Assembly (NCBI GenBank): GCA_021783525.1
Contig: JAJXTT010000001.1
Coordinates: 1 to 42,341 of the forward strand
Reading direction: 5' to 3'
Length of the DNA: 42,341 nt
Source of the DNA: Pseudomonadota bacterium
Lineage (GTDB): Bacteria; Pseudomonadota; Gammaproteobacteria; Burkholderiales; Gallionellaceae
Part shown: one piece after another, positions 1 to 8,937 of the stretch
Layout: every line of letters starts with the position of its first letter
Numbering within the stretch: position 1 is the first letter of the stretch
Translations under genes and position numbers: made by a program
Notes under the pieces: generated by a model
Database searches by the model: none
Seen by the model: only the letters and a program-made list of their open reading frames with translations
What the model was told of the DNA's origin: nothing

Positions 1-2
1 TC

Positions 3-128
3 GGCTGGACACCGAAGATCAGCTTCGACGAACTGGTGGCCGAGATGGTGCGCGAGGACCTGAAGGCCGCCGAGCGCGACGAATTGGTGAAGAAGCATGG
101 CTACAAGGCCATGGATTATCACGAGTAA
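3..128 (+). CDS. gmd: GDP-mannose 4,6-dehydratase, 3' end only (runs in from the window edge)
   Basis: Frame 3 reads GWTPKISFDELVAEMVREDLKAAERDELVKKHGYKAMDYHE* (TAA 126-128), a typical Gmd C-terminus. Confidence 0.85.
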   Translation, partial: GWTPKISFDELVAEMVREDLKAAERDELVKKHGYKAMDYHE

Positions 129-131
129 ATC

Positions 132-170
132 ATGACACGGCCCGGCAAGACTTACATACTGGTCATCGCG
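132..170 (+). pseudogene. fcl: Probable 5' relic of GDP-L-fucose synthase (fcl/wcaG) with a 1-nt deletion
   Basis: ATG 3 nt after the gmd stop: ATG ACA CGG CCC GGC AAG ACT TAC ATA -CT GGT CAT CGC G. With one base restored this reads MTRPGKTYI(A)GHR(G), matching the Fcl N-terminal K-I/V-Y/F-V/I-AGHRG motif at the position fcl normally occupies. The match is short. Confidence 0.5.
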
Positions 171-207
171 AAATTTGAAGATGTGCAGTGTTCTTTAGCG
201 TTGCATA

Positions 208-1986
208 ATGCATCTCCCTGAGTCAATTATCCAACTATTTAAGCGTCTTTGGCATCATATTAGCCGACGGCGTCGCCTACAGTTTGGACTGCTGCTCGTG
301 CTAATGGTGCTAGCCTCGTTCGCCGAGATTATTAGCATCGGCGCGGTGTTGCCTTTCCTTGGTGTGCTCACGGCGCCTGACCGTATTTTTGTACACCCGG
401 CCGCGCAGCCTTTCATTGAGTTGCTGGCGATTAAAGAGCCCAAATATCTTCTGCTTCCGCTCACGGTTGTCTTTGGCTTGGCAGCTTTACTAACAGGGAC
501 GATGCGATTGGCGCTTCTCTGGGCAAGCACCCGCTTGTCCTTCGCCGCAGGATCCGATCTGAGTATCAATGTCTATCGTCGTACGCTATATCAGCCTTAT
601 GCGGTGCATGTCTCCCGCAACAGCAGCGAGGTAATCAGTGGCATTTCGGGTAAAACTTATGACCTTATCTATAGTGCGATCATGCCGGCGTTGGTTCTTA
701 TCAGTTCCGGCATTATGTTGGTTATGATACTGATCGCTCTTTTGTCCGTAGACCCCCTAATTGCGCTGGCAGCGTTTGGCGGATTTGGCCTGATCTACGC
801 CGTTATCATCCGCCTGACGCGAAAGCGTTTATTGATCGATAGCCAGAGGATTGCCCGCGAATCCACTCACGTCATAAAAGCCCTCCAAGAAGGGTTGGGC
901 GGAATACGCGATGTCCTGATTGATGGCACCCAGCCAATCTACTGCCAAATCTACCGCGATGCCGACCTCCCATTGCGGCGCGCTCAAGGCAACAACTTAT
1001 TTATTGGCCAAAGCCCTCGTTATGGAATGGAGGCCTTGGGCATGCTGCTCATTGCCGTACTCGCCTATGTGCTCGCTCAGCAACCAAACGGCATCGCCAA
1101 GGCCATTCCGGTGCTCGGTGCCCTGGCGCTGGGCGCACAACGGCTGTTGCCTGTGTTGCAGCAGGCCTATGGTGCGTGGTCTGCCATTCGAGGCGGCCAG
1201 GCATCACTGCAGGACGCGCTCGAGTTACTTGATCAACCGCTGCCCGATTATGCCGGGCGGCCCCCCGCGGAACCCCTGGCGTTCAGGCAACAAGTCGCAC
1301 TGAGGCAACTCTCGTTTCGCTATAACCCACAAGCACCATGGGTGCTCAACAAAATTGATCTCGCCATTGCCAAGGGTAGCCGCGTAGGTTTCATTGGTAC
1401 GACGGGTAGCGGTAAGAGCACCTTACTCGATATCGTCATGGGGCTATTGCAGCCTACGCAGGGTACACTCGAAATCGATGGTCAGCCAGTCACAATGGTC
1501 AACCAGCGTGCTTGGCAAGCGCATATCGCGCATGTTCCGCAGGCTATTTTCCTGGCTGATAGCAGCATCGAACAAAATATTGCTTTTGGTGTGCCCAGAG
1601 ACCAGATCAACGCTCAACGTGTCCGGCAAGCGGCTCGCCAGGCGCAGATCGCGGACATCATTGAAACCTGGCCCGAGCAGTACCAAACATTCGTGGGCGA
1701 GCGCGGTATCAGACTCTCCGGTGGTCAACGCCAGCGTATCGGTATCGCACGAGCTCTTTATAAGCAAGCGGACGTAATCATCTTTGACGAAGCTACCAGC
1801 GCGCTCGACAACGAAACCGAACAAGCCGTGATGCAGGCTATTGAAGAGCTAAGCGAGAACCTCACTATCCTCATCATCGCTCACCGCCTAACCACGCTGA
1901 AGAACTGCACCGAAATCGTGGAACTGGGTGATTGCGGCATTAAGCGAGTCGGGACTTACAAAGAGATAGTCGCTAACTCAATTTGA
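208..1986 (+). CDS. ABC exporter with fused TMD and NBD (PglK/MsbA/HetA-like lipid-linked glycan flippase)
   Basis: Hydrophobic N-terminal helices, Walker A GTTGSGKST, signature LSGGQRQR, Walker B IIFDEATSALD, IAHRL switch; lies in a glycan locus. Confidence 0.9.
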   Translation: MHLPESIIQLFKRLWHHISRRRRLQFGLLLVLMVLASFAEIISIGAVLPFLGVLTAPDRIFVHPAAQPFIELLAIKEPKYLLLPLTVVFGLAALLTGTMRLALLWASTRLSFAAGSDLSINVYRRTLYQPYAVHVSRNSSEVISGISGKTYDLIYSAIMPALVLISSGIMLVMILIALLSVDPLIALAAFGGFGLIYAVIIRLTRKRLLIDSQRIARESTHVIKALQEGLGGIRDVLIDGTQPIYCQIYRDADLPLRRAQGNNLFIGQSPRYGMEALGMLLIAVLAYVLAQQPNGIAKAIPVLGALALGAQRLLPVLQQAYGAWSAIRGGQASLQDALELLDQPLPDYAGRPPAEPLAFRQQVALRQLSFRYNPQAPWVLNKIDLAIAKGSRVGFIGTTGSGKSTLLDIVMGLLQPTQGTLEIDGQPVTMVNQRAWQAHIAHVPQAIFLADSSIEQNIAFGVPRDQINAQRVRQAARQAQIADIIETWPEQYQTFVGERGIRLSGGQRQRIGIARALYKQADVIIFDEATSALDNETEQAVMQAIEELSENLTILIIAHRLTTLKNCTEIVELGDCGIKRVGTYKEIVANSI

Positions 1987-2009
1987 TTTCCACAGGAAAG
2001 AATCTTTCT

Positions 2010-3008
2010 ATGCTCACTAATTCCTCACTCCTGATCACGGGTGGCACTGGTTCTTTTGGCCATGCCTTCGTGCCCATGACGCTGGACAAATATAATCCAC
2101 GTCGCCTAGTTATATTTTCTCGAGATGAGATGAAGCAATGGGAAATGGCCAAACTATATGGACATGATAAACGTGTGCGTTTTTTTATCGGTGACGTTCG
2201 CGACAAAGACCGTCTCGCTCGTGCCTTACACGGAATTGATTTCGTCGTGCATGCCGCAGCGACCAAAATTGTGCCAACTGCAGAATACAACCCATTCGAA
2301 TGTGTAAAAACAAACATTAATGGCGCGATGAACCTGATCGATGCCTGTATAGATCAGGGAGTAAAGCGTGTCGTGGCTTTATCTACTGATAAGGCTAGCA
2401 GTCCTGCCAACTTGTATGGCGCTACAAAATTGGCCTCGGACAAACTATTTGTCGCAGGAAACTCCTATTCTGGACAAGCCGATACCCGTTTCGCGGTGGT
2501 GCGTTATGGGAATGTAATGGGCTCGCGCGGCTCGGTGATACCGTTTTTCCTTTCCATAGCGGACAAGGGGGTTCTACCTATTACCGATCCACGGATGACA
2601 CGTTTCATGATCACATTGGAGCAGGGAGTTGATCTTGTCTGGCATGCCTTTGAGGACATGGTTGGAGGCGAGATCTACGTGAAAAAAATCCCTTCCATGA
2701 ACATCGCTGACATCGCCAGGGCGGCAGTGCCAGAAGCCCGCCATGAAGTGGTCGGGATTCGCCCAGGCGAGAAGCTTCATGAACAGATGATTGGTCCTGA
2801 AGATGCTCTACATACATACGAATACGCAGATCATTACAAGATCTTGCCAGCCATTCATAGCTGGAGCTCTGATCCGGACAGGATTAATGGCGGTGCAAAG
2901 GTCTCGCCAGATTTTACTTACAGTTCAGACAACAACCCTGACTGGATGACTTTAGCCACCTTGTCTGCGTGGATAGAGCAGAACCGGGAAAAAGTCGGGC
3001 GGATATGA
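2010..3008 (+). CDS. pseB: UDP-GlcNAc 4,6-dehydratase (inverting)
   Basis: ITGGTGSFG, FSRDEMKQ, AEYNPFECVKTN, STDKA, YGATK, RYGNVMGSRGSV, RPGEKLHE. ATG 2010 preferred over TTG 1983. Confidence 0.93.
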   Translation: MLTNSSLLITGGTGSFGHAFVPMTLDKYNPRRLVIFSRDEMKQWEMAKLYGHDKRVRFFIGDVRDKDRLARALHGIDFVVHAAATKIVPTAEYNPFECVKTNINGAMNLIDACIDQGVKRVVALSTDKASSPANLYGATKLASDKLFVAGNSYSGQADTRFAVVRYGNVMGSRGSVIPFFLSIADKGVLPITDPRMTRFMITLEQGVDLVWHAFEDMVGGEIYVKKIPSMNIADIARAAVPEARHEVVGIRPGEKLHEQMIGPEDALHTYEYADHYKILPAIHSWSSDPDRINGGAKVSPDFTYSSDNNPDWMTLATLSAWIEQNREKVGRI

Positions 3009-4177
3009 GTGCGATGATTCCTTATGGGCGACAGGATATCAACGAGTCGGATATTCAGGCCGTAGTGGACGTGCTGCGATCAGATTTTCTGACGCAAGGA
3101 CCAGCAGTACCGGCATTTGAAAAAGCAGTTGCCGAGTACTGTGGGGCACAATTTTCAGTTGCCGTAAGCAGCGCTACGGCTGCACTTCACATCGCCTGTC
3201 TCGCACTGGGTGTTGGTAAGGGAGACCTCGTCTGGACTAGCCCTATAACCTTTGTGGCGAGTGCGAATTGTGCCCTCTATTGTGGCGCAGATATCGATTT
3301 TGTCGATATAGATCCGCATACCTATAACCTCAGTGCAGCGCACTTGGAAGAGAAACTCGAGCAGGCCAGGCATGCAGGCCGCCTGCCTAAAGTGGTTATT
3401 CCTGTGCACCTCTCTGGCCAATCTTGTGACATGGCAAGCATCCACGCCCTGAGCCAACGTTATGGCTTCAAGATAATTGAAGATGCCTCACACGCCATCG
3501 GTGGGAAATATCAAGGCCAACCTATTGGTGGCTGCCGTTATAGCGAAATCACCATATTCAGCTTTCATCCTGTCAAAATCATCACGACAGGTGAAGGTGG
3601 CATGGCGTTGACCAATGATGTCCGCTTGGCCAAGCGCATGCAGCTTTTGCGCAGTCATGGCATTACGCGCGACACCCATGAGATGACGCATGAGCCTGAT
3701 GGCCCTTGGTACTACCAACAGATTGATCTTGGTTTCAACTACCGCATGACCGATCTTCAGGCTGCTTTGGGCTTGAGCCAGATGCAACGTCTGGACGAGT
3801 TCGTGGCCATTCGCCATACGGTCGCCAACCGATATGGCGAACTCTTTAAAGATTTGCCAATGGTGACCCCATGGCAACATCCAGAAAGTTATTCAGCATT
3901 TCACCTATACGTCATCCGGTTGAAACTGGTGCAGCTCGGCAAGACACATCTCGCATTCTTCGAGGCGCTAAGATCGGCGGGGGTGGGAGTCAATTTGCAT
4001 TACATACCAGTGTATCTCCAACCATACTATCAAGGCCTTGGGTTCGAAGCGGGGCACTGCCCAGAAGCTGAACGTTATTACGCGGAGGCGATCAGCCTGC
4101 CAATGTATCCAGGGTTGATGGAAGGCGGGCAACAAAGAGTCGTTGAAGCCTTAGGGAAAATCGCATCGCAATGCTAA
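3005..4177 (+). CDS. pseC: UDP-4-amino-4,6-dideoxy-N-acetyl-beta-L-altrosamine transaminase (DegT/DnrJ family)
   Basis: IPYGRQDI..DI.AV..VL.SDFLTQGP N-terminus, EDASHA, FSFHPVKIITTGEGG (PLP lysine), PWYYQQIDLGFNYR; ATGA overlap with the pseB stop. Confidence 0.93.
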   Translation: MSAMIPYGRQDINESDIQAVVDVLRSDFLTQGPAVPAFEKAVAEYCGAQFSVAVSSATAALHIACLALGVGKGDLVWTSPITFVASANCALYCGADIDFVDIDPHTYNLSAAHLEEKLEQARHAGRLPKVVIPVHLSGQSCDMASIHALSQRYGFKIIEDASHAIGGKYQGQPIGGCRYSEITIFSFHPVKIITTGEGGMALTNDVRLAKRMQLLRSHGITRDTHEMTHEPDGPWYYQQIDLGFNYRMTDLQAALGLSQMQRLDEFVAIRHTVANRYGELFKDLPMVTPWQHPESYSAFHLYVIRLKLVQLGKTHLAFFEALRSAGVGVNLHYIPVYLQPYYQGLGFEAGHCPEAERYYAEAISLPMYPGLMEGGQQRVVEALGKIASQC

Positions 4178-5055
4178 GCGTCAACAAGCTTGGGTTGGGA
4201 ACGGTTCAATGGGGGCTGCGATATGGGTTGGCTAACCAGAATGGATTAACGCCACCGGAAACCGTAAGGGAGATTCTCTCTGAGGCAAGAAGCTATGGCA
4301 TTACGATATTAGACACTGCCTCCTTGTATGGTGAGTCGGAAGCTGTCCTGGGGGCTAATTCTCTAGAAGGGTTCAAGGTCGTAACAAAAACGCCTAGATT
4401 TGCGACCCCGGTCATTACAGACGAGCAAGCCCTAAACTTAACGCACACATTCTCCTTGTCACTTCAGAGACTTTCGACCACGAAGGTCTACGGGCTCTTG
4501 ATTCATCATGCTGATGATCTTCTTGTACCCGGAGGTGAAAAACTGGTGGCGGCAATTATGGCGCTGAAAGAGACCGGGGTGGTGGAAAAAATTGGGGTCT
4601 CCGTTTATCACAGTGATCAAATTGATGCGGTTTTGAAAATAATCAAACCGGATCTTGTTCAACTTCCCATCAGTGTTTTGGATCAAAGGTTGTTGTTGAA
4701 CGGGCAACTGGAGCGAATGAAAAACATGGGGATCGAGATTCACGCTCGTTCAGTATTCCTGCAAGGATTGTTGTTGATGCCACTGAATCGAATTCCCCCG
4801 TATTTCGATCCGATTCGACCGCTGTTGGCCCGGTGGCGTGCTGCTGCTGAAGGTCAAGGTCTGACCCCGGTTCAGGCGGCCCTTTCATTTGTGCGCGATA
4901 TTTCCTATGTGGATACGGTGTTGGTGGGCGTGGAAAATCTGGAGCAGTTCCGTTCCTGCTGCGTAGATTTTTCGGTTTCAGGAACATTTGATGCGTCAGG
5001 CCTGGCCTGTCACGACCCCATGTACATTAATCCGGCTCTCTGGAATCGCGCATGA
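4171..5055 (+). CDS. Aldo/keto reductase
   Basis: LGLGTVQWG, DTASLYGESE (catalytic D/Y), VVTK, SLQRL..LLIH, KIGVSVY, HARSVFLQGLL. Confidence 0.88.
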   Translation: MLSVNKLGLGTVQWGLRYGLANQNGLTPPETVREILSEARSYGITILDTASLYGESEAVLGANSLEGFKVVTKTPRFATPVITDEQALNLTHTFSLSLQRLSTTKVYGLLIHHADDLLVPGGEKLVAAIMALKETGVVEKIGVSVYHSDQIDAVLKIIKPDLVQLPISVLDQRLLLNGQLERMKNMGIEIHARSVFLQGLLLMPLNRIPPYFDPIRPLLARWRAAAEGQGLTPVQAALSFVRDISYVDTVLVGVENLEQFRSCCVDFSVSGTFDASGLACHDPMYINPALWNRA

Positions 5056-5948
5056 ATATCCTGAAACTTGGCGTGATTGGGCTTTCGCCCGGCAACGGCC
5101 ACCCTTATTCATGGTCTGCCATTTTTAACGGCTATGATCCTGCGTGTATGGAAGAATGTGGTTTCCCGGCCATTCCCCGTTATCTGGAAAAGCAACGCTT
5201 TCCCGAGGATGCAATCGCACAGGCACAAGTTACCCATGTTTGGACGCAACGCAAAGAAATTTCAGCGCATGTGGCCAAGGCCGCATTGATCCCTAATGTA
5301 GTCGATCACTACATGGATATGATTGGGCAAGTGGATGGAATATTGCTGGCACGCGATGACGCCGAGACCCACCTTGAATTTGCTGCCCCATTTCTCGAAG
5401 CAGGTCTTCCCGTCTATATCGACAAGCCGTTGGCATTGAGCGTGGCCGAAGCAAGGCAGTTACTTGAATTGCAGCGCTATCCCGGACAAATATTTTCATG
5501 CTCAGCCCTGCGATATGCCAAAGAGTTTCAGTTATCGCCTGCTGATTGGGCGAAAGTTGGCCGTGTGCGGCACATTCACGCAATCGTACCCAAGGATTGG
5601 GACAAATATGCCGTGCATGTCATTGAGCCGTTGTTGTTGCTTGCCCGCGAACGTGGCTCGTTAGAGGATACTCAAACGTGGCGGAACGATGATTCGACCA
5701 CATTAGCTGCGAGATATGCAGGGGGCGTCCAGGTGCTTATCAGTACGATGGGCTCATCTCATGCGCCACTGGCCCTGAGGCTTATGGGTGAGTCCGGCTG
5801 GAAAGACCTGTTTTTCGAGGACACCTATTTCGCCTTCAAGAGCGCGTTGTATGAGTTCGTTCAGGGAATTATTCAACGGGATGTGCGCACCGAACCCAAC
5901 TTCATGCTGGAAGTCGTCAATCTGATCGAATTGGGGAGAACGGCTTGA
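5052..5948 (+). CDS. Gfo/Idh/MocA-like NAD(P)-dependent oxidoreductase
   Basis: N-terminal LKLGVIG Rossmann strand and H..FA.PFLEAGLPVYIDKPLA (EKP-type motif). Confidence 0.75.
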   Translation: MNILKLGVIGLSPGNGHPYSWSAIFNGYDPACMEECGFPAIPRYLEKQRFPEDAIAQAQVTHVWTQRKEISAHVAKAALIPNVVDHYMDMIGQVDGILLARDDAETHLEFAAPFLEAGLPVYIDKPLALSVAEARQLLELQRYPGQIFSCSALRYAKEFQLSPADWAKVGRVRHIHAIVPKDWDKYAVHVIEPLLLLARERGSLEDTQTWRNDDSTTLAARYAGGVQVLISTMGSSHAPLALRLMGESGWKDLFFEDTYFAFKSALYEFVQGIIQRDVRTEPNFMLEVVNLIELGRTA

Positions 5949-6706
5949 AACCAAGAACAATATTGATTACAGGGGGAAGTGGCAAATTCGGCCGTCCCCT
6001 GGTGAGCCATTTTCTGGAGATGGGCGATCGCGTCATCACCACTTGTCGATCATCCGAATCACTCGAGAAAATATTGGTGGAATTTGCCAGATATGGCGAG
6101 AAATTTGTGGGAATCCAGGCGGATCTTACAGATCCAGAAGCGGTCAACACGCTCATGGAGACGCTTGATAGCCAGGGTATTCGGCCCGATTGCCTGGTTA
6201 ACAACGCGCGAAGCCTCGGTTTCCTGAAAATTGAATCAAATGGTTTGGTCGGGCGGGAAAATTTCGCAGGCGAGTTTCTGCTGGATGTCATTGTGCCTTA
6301 TGAGCTGACGATGGCACTAGGGAGGCAAAAGAACAGTCAATTGCGGAGTGTCGTGAACATAGGGTCGATGTATGGAACAGTTGCTGCAAACCCTCATTTG
6401 TATGCCGACCCTGCTAGACAATCTCCATTGCACTATGGCGTGGCAAAGGCGGCACTCGCTCATCTGACGAAGGAATTGGCGGTACGCCTTTCCAATAATG
6501 GGGTTCAGGTGAACTGTGTCGCGTTTGGCGGGGTAGAAGGACGCGTCGACGAAGCGTTCAAGCAACGTTACGCGCAGCTTTGTCCAATGGGGCGGATGCT
6601 CAAGGAAGATGAAATTGTGGGGCCTGTAGACGTGTTGCTGTCGGACAAATGCTCGGGTGTAACCGGGCATACATTGGCCGTGGATGGCGGATGGAGCGTT
6701 TGGTAG
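5945..6706 (+). CDS. Short-chain dehydrogenase/reductase (PtmA/ElaC-like subgroup)
   Basis: ITGGSGKFG, VNNA, VNIGSMYG, YGVAK (YxxxK), VNCVAFGG, GHTLAVDGGW; TTG start overlaps the upstream stop. Confidence 0.9.
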   Translation: MKPRTILITGGSGKFGRPLVSHFLEMGDRVITTCRSSESLEKILVEFARYGEKFVGIQADLTDPEAVNTLMETLDSQGIRPDCLVNNARSLGFLKIESNGLVGRENFAGEFLLDVIVPYELTMALGRQKNSQLRSVVNIGSMYGTVAANPHLYADPARQSPLHYGVAKAALAHLTKELAVRLSNNGVQVNCVAFGGVEGRVDEAFKQRYAQLCPMGRMLKEDEIVGPVDVLLSDKCSGVTGHTLAVDGGWSVW

Positions 6707-7416
6707 TGAAACATATTGCCGTGATATTGGCCCGTGGTGGTTCCAAGCGACTGCCACGCAAGAACATACTGGATTTCCATGGGAGGCCCATGCTCGCATG
6801 GACAGTGGAAGCCGCATTGAAGTCCGGCCAATTCGACCGAGTGTTGTTGTCAACAGATGATCAGGAAATTGCCGATATCGGCCGCGTATATGGTGCGGAG
6901 GTGCCATTTTTGCGTGCGGAGGCTCAGGACGACATGGCCTCTTCCAGCGAGGCAACGCTGGCTGCTCTCGGCCAGGCAGAATCACATTGGAACGTTCAAT
7001 TCGATGTCGTCACACAACTCATGGCGAATTGCCCTTTGCGCGATGCGGAAGACATCAAATGCGCATCTCAGGCTTTTGCCAGTCGCAATTCCCCTGCACA
7101 GATCAGCTGCTTCCGTTATGGCTGGATGAATCCATGGTGGGCCGCAAAGCTAAACGACCAAAGCGTTCCTGAATACCTCTTTCCAGAAGCCCGGCTTGCG
7201 CGCTCTCAGGATTTGCCACCCTTGTATTGTCCAAGCGGTGCGATATGGACGGCGCAGGCTCGGACGCTTAAAACCGAAAAAACCTTTTACGCGCCAGGTC
7301 ACACCTTTTTTCCACTGGGCTGGATGTCTGCGATGGATATTGATGACGCGGAAGACATGGAAATGGCCAGAGCGTGTTTTCTGGTTAGGCGTCAGCAGGA
7401 GAGTAAGGAGGCGTGA
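6706..7416 (+). CDS. pseF: Acylneuraminate cytidylyltransferase (CMP-pseudaminic acid synthetase-like)
   Basis: AVILARGGSKRLPRKNI, LSTDD.EIA, VPFLR, MDIDD. GTG 6706 follows GGAG at 6693-6696; ATG 6691 is an alternative start. Confidence 0.85.
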   Translation: MKHIAVILARGGSKRLPRKNILDFHGRPMLAWTVEAALKSGQFDRVLLSTDDQEIADIGRVYGAEVPFLRAEAQDDMASSSEATLAALGQAESHWNVQFDVVTQLMANCPLRDAEDIKCASQAFASRNSPAQISCFRYGWMNPWWAAKLNDQSVPEYLFPEARLARSQDLPPLYCPSGAIWTAQARTLKTEKTFYAPGHTFFPLGWMSAMDIDDAEDMEMARACFLVRRQQESKEA

Positions 7417-7417
7417 G

Positions 7418-8932
7418 ATGAAACGCATCGCTTTTCGTGTTGATGCGTCAATCGCAATTGGCACAGGCCACTTCATGCGTTGCCTGGCTTTGGCAGATGA
7501 ATTGAAGAAGCACGGGGCCCACACCCGCTTCATTTGTCGGCCTATCCCTGAACATTTGCGGGCCCTGCTGACAACAAGGGGGCATGAGTTCAGGCCACTC
7601 AATTCCGGGCAGGAAACAAAACCTGATGGCGACCTCGACCATGCAGAATGGCTTGGGACAACGCAAGAGGCTGATGCACACGATTCCGTCGGCGCACTTT
7701 CCGACCAGCACTGGGATTGGCTCATCATCGACCATTACGCATTGGATGTACGTTGGGAGGCGAGGCTACGTCAGTCGGTCCAGAAAATCCTTGTCATCGA
7801 CGACATTGCTGATCGTCGGCATGATTGTGACATGTTGCTGGATCAGAATCTCTATGAGGACATGAATACCCGATATGCAGGCAAGGTGCCCGATGAGTGT
7901 CTCCCGTTACTCGGGCCGCGTTACGCCCTTCTGCGCGAAGAGTTCCGGAAGCTTCATGGACAAGTTGGTCCGCGCCTAGGATCGGTCAAGCGCATCCTGA
8001 TCTTTTTCGGAGGAGTGGACGTCGGCAACTATACTGGCCACGCGATACAGTCACTGGTCGAAACGGGCGTCACGGATATCCAGGTGGATGTTGTGATTGG
8101 TGCTCAACATCCGTGTCGTGAGTCGATCGAGGCTGCATGCTGTCTCCACCACTTTGCATGTCACGTGCAAACTGGGCGCATGGCGCAACTCATGGCCGCT
8201 GCGGACTTGTCTATTGGTGCGGGTGGATCAGCAACGTGGGAAAGGTGTTGCCTGGGTTTGCCTGCGTTAGTTATTAGTACGGCAGATAATCAACGTAAAC
8301 AGATTCAGGATGCCGCTCTAGAAGGTTTATTGTATTCCGTGGTGGCGAATGGCGATAACCTTGATCTCGCGATTCGGCACCATGTTCGATCACTTATGGA
8401 AAATGAATGCCTGAGGCGGTTGCTGTCCCGGAATGGGATGCATGCTGTGGATGGTCGCGGTGCGGTGCGTATTGCCCGCATGATCGGTTTCAGCGGGATT
8501 GAGATTCGAACTGCAACAGCGGACGATTCAGAGCGAATGTTTGTCTGGCGGAACCATCCTGCGATCAGGGCCGTGTCGCGAAATACTGACCCCATCGAAT
8601 GGCTAGATCACAATCGCTGGCTTACTTCTGTGCTCAGTGATCAGAGTAGATGCCTGCTTATCGGCGAGCTTGACGGGGCCCCGGTTGGCGTCGTGCGATT
8701 CGATATCCACAGCCATGAGGCGGAAGTTTCGATCTACCTGGTGCCTGATGTAGACAATTCAGGCTGTGGGCAAGGCCTTTTGCAAAGTGCGGAGGTTTGG
8801 ATGAAAGAGAATCGCCGGGAAGTGAATACTCTCCGTGCTCAAGTTCTTGGGGCAAATGAGCGTTCACACCATTTATTTGTGGCCGCTGGCTATGAGGTCG
8901 AAGCCACATCCTATTTCAGGAAGCTTCATTAG
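7418..8932 (+). CDS. pseG: Fused PseG (UDP-sugar hydrolase) and PseH-like GNAT N-acetyltransferase
   Basis: FRVDAS.AIGTGHFMRCLALA, IIDHY, IDD, DQN, FGGVD, AGGSATWERC in the N-terminal part; C-terminal IRTAT..D...FVWRNHP.IR...VGVVRFD..EVSIYL GNAT domain. AAGGAGG RBS before ATG 7418. Confidence 0.9.
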   Translation: MKRIAFRVDASIAIGTGHFMRCLALADELKKHGAHTRFICRPIPEHLRALLTTRGHEFRPLNSGQETKPDGDLDHAEWLGTTQEADAHDSVGALSDQHWDWLIIDHYALDVRWEARLRQSVQKILVIDDIADRRHDCDMLLDQNLYEDMNTRYAGKVPDECLPLLGPRYALLREEFRKLHGQVGPRLGSVKRILIFFGGVDVGNYTGHAIQSLVETGVTDIQVDVVIGAQHPCRESIEAACCLHHFACHVQTGRMAQLMAAADLSIGAGGSATWERCCLGLPALVISTADNQRKQIQDAALEGLLYSVVANGDNLDLAIRHHVRSLMENECLRRLLSRNGMHAVDGRGAVRIARMIGFSGIEIRTATADDSERMFVWRNHPAIRAVSRNTDPIEWLDHNRWLTSVLSDQSRCLLIGELDGAPVGVVRFDIHSHEAEVSIYLVPDVDNSGCGQGLLQSAEVWMKENRREVNTLRAQVLGANERSHHLFVAAGYEVEATSYFRKLH

Positions 8933-8937
8933 AAGAT

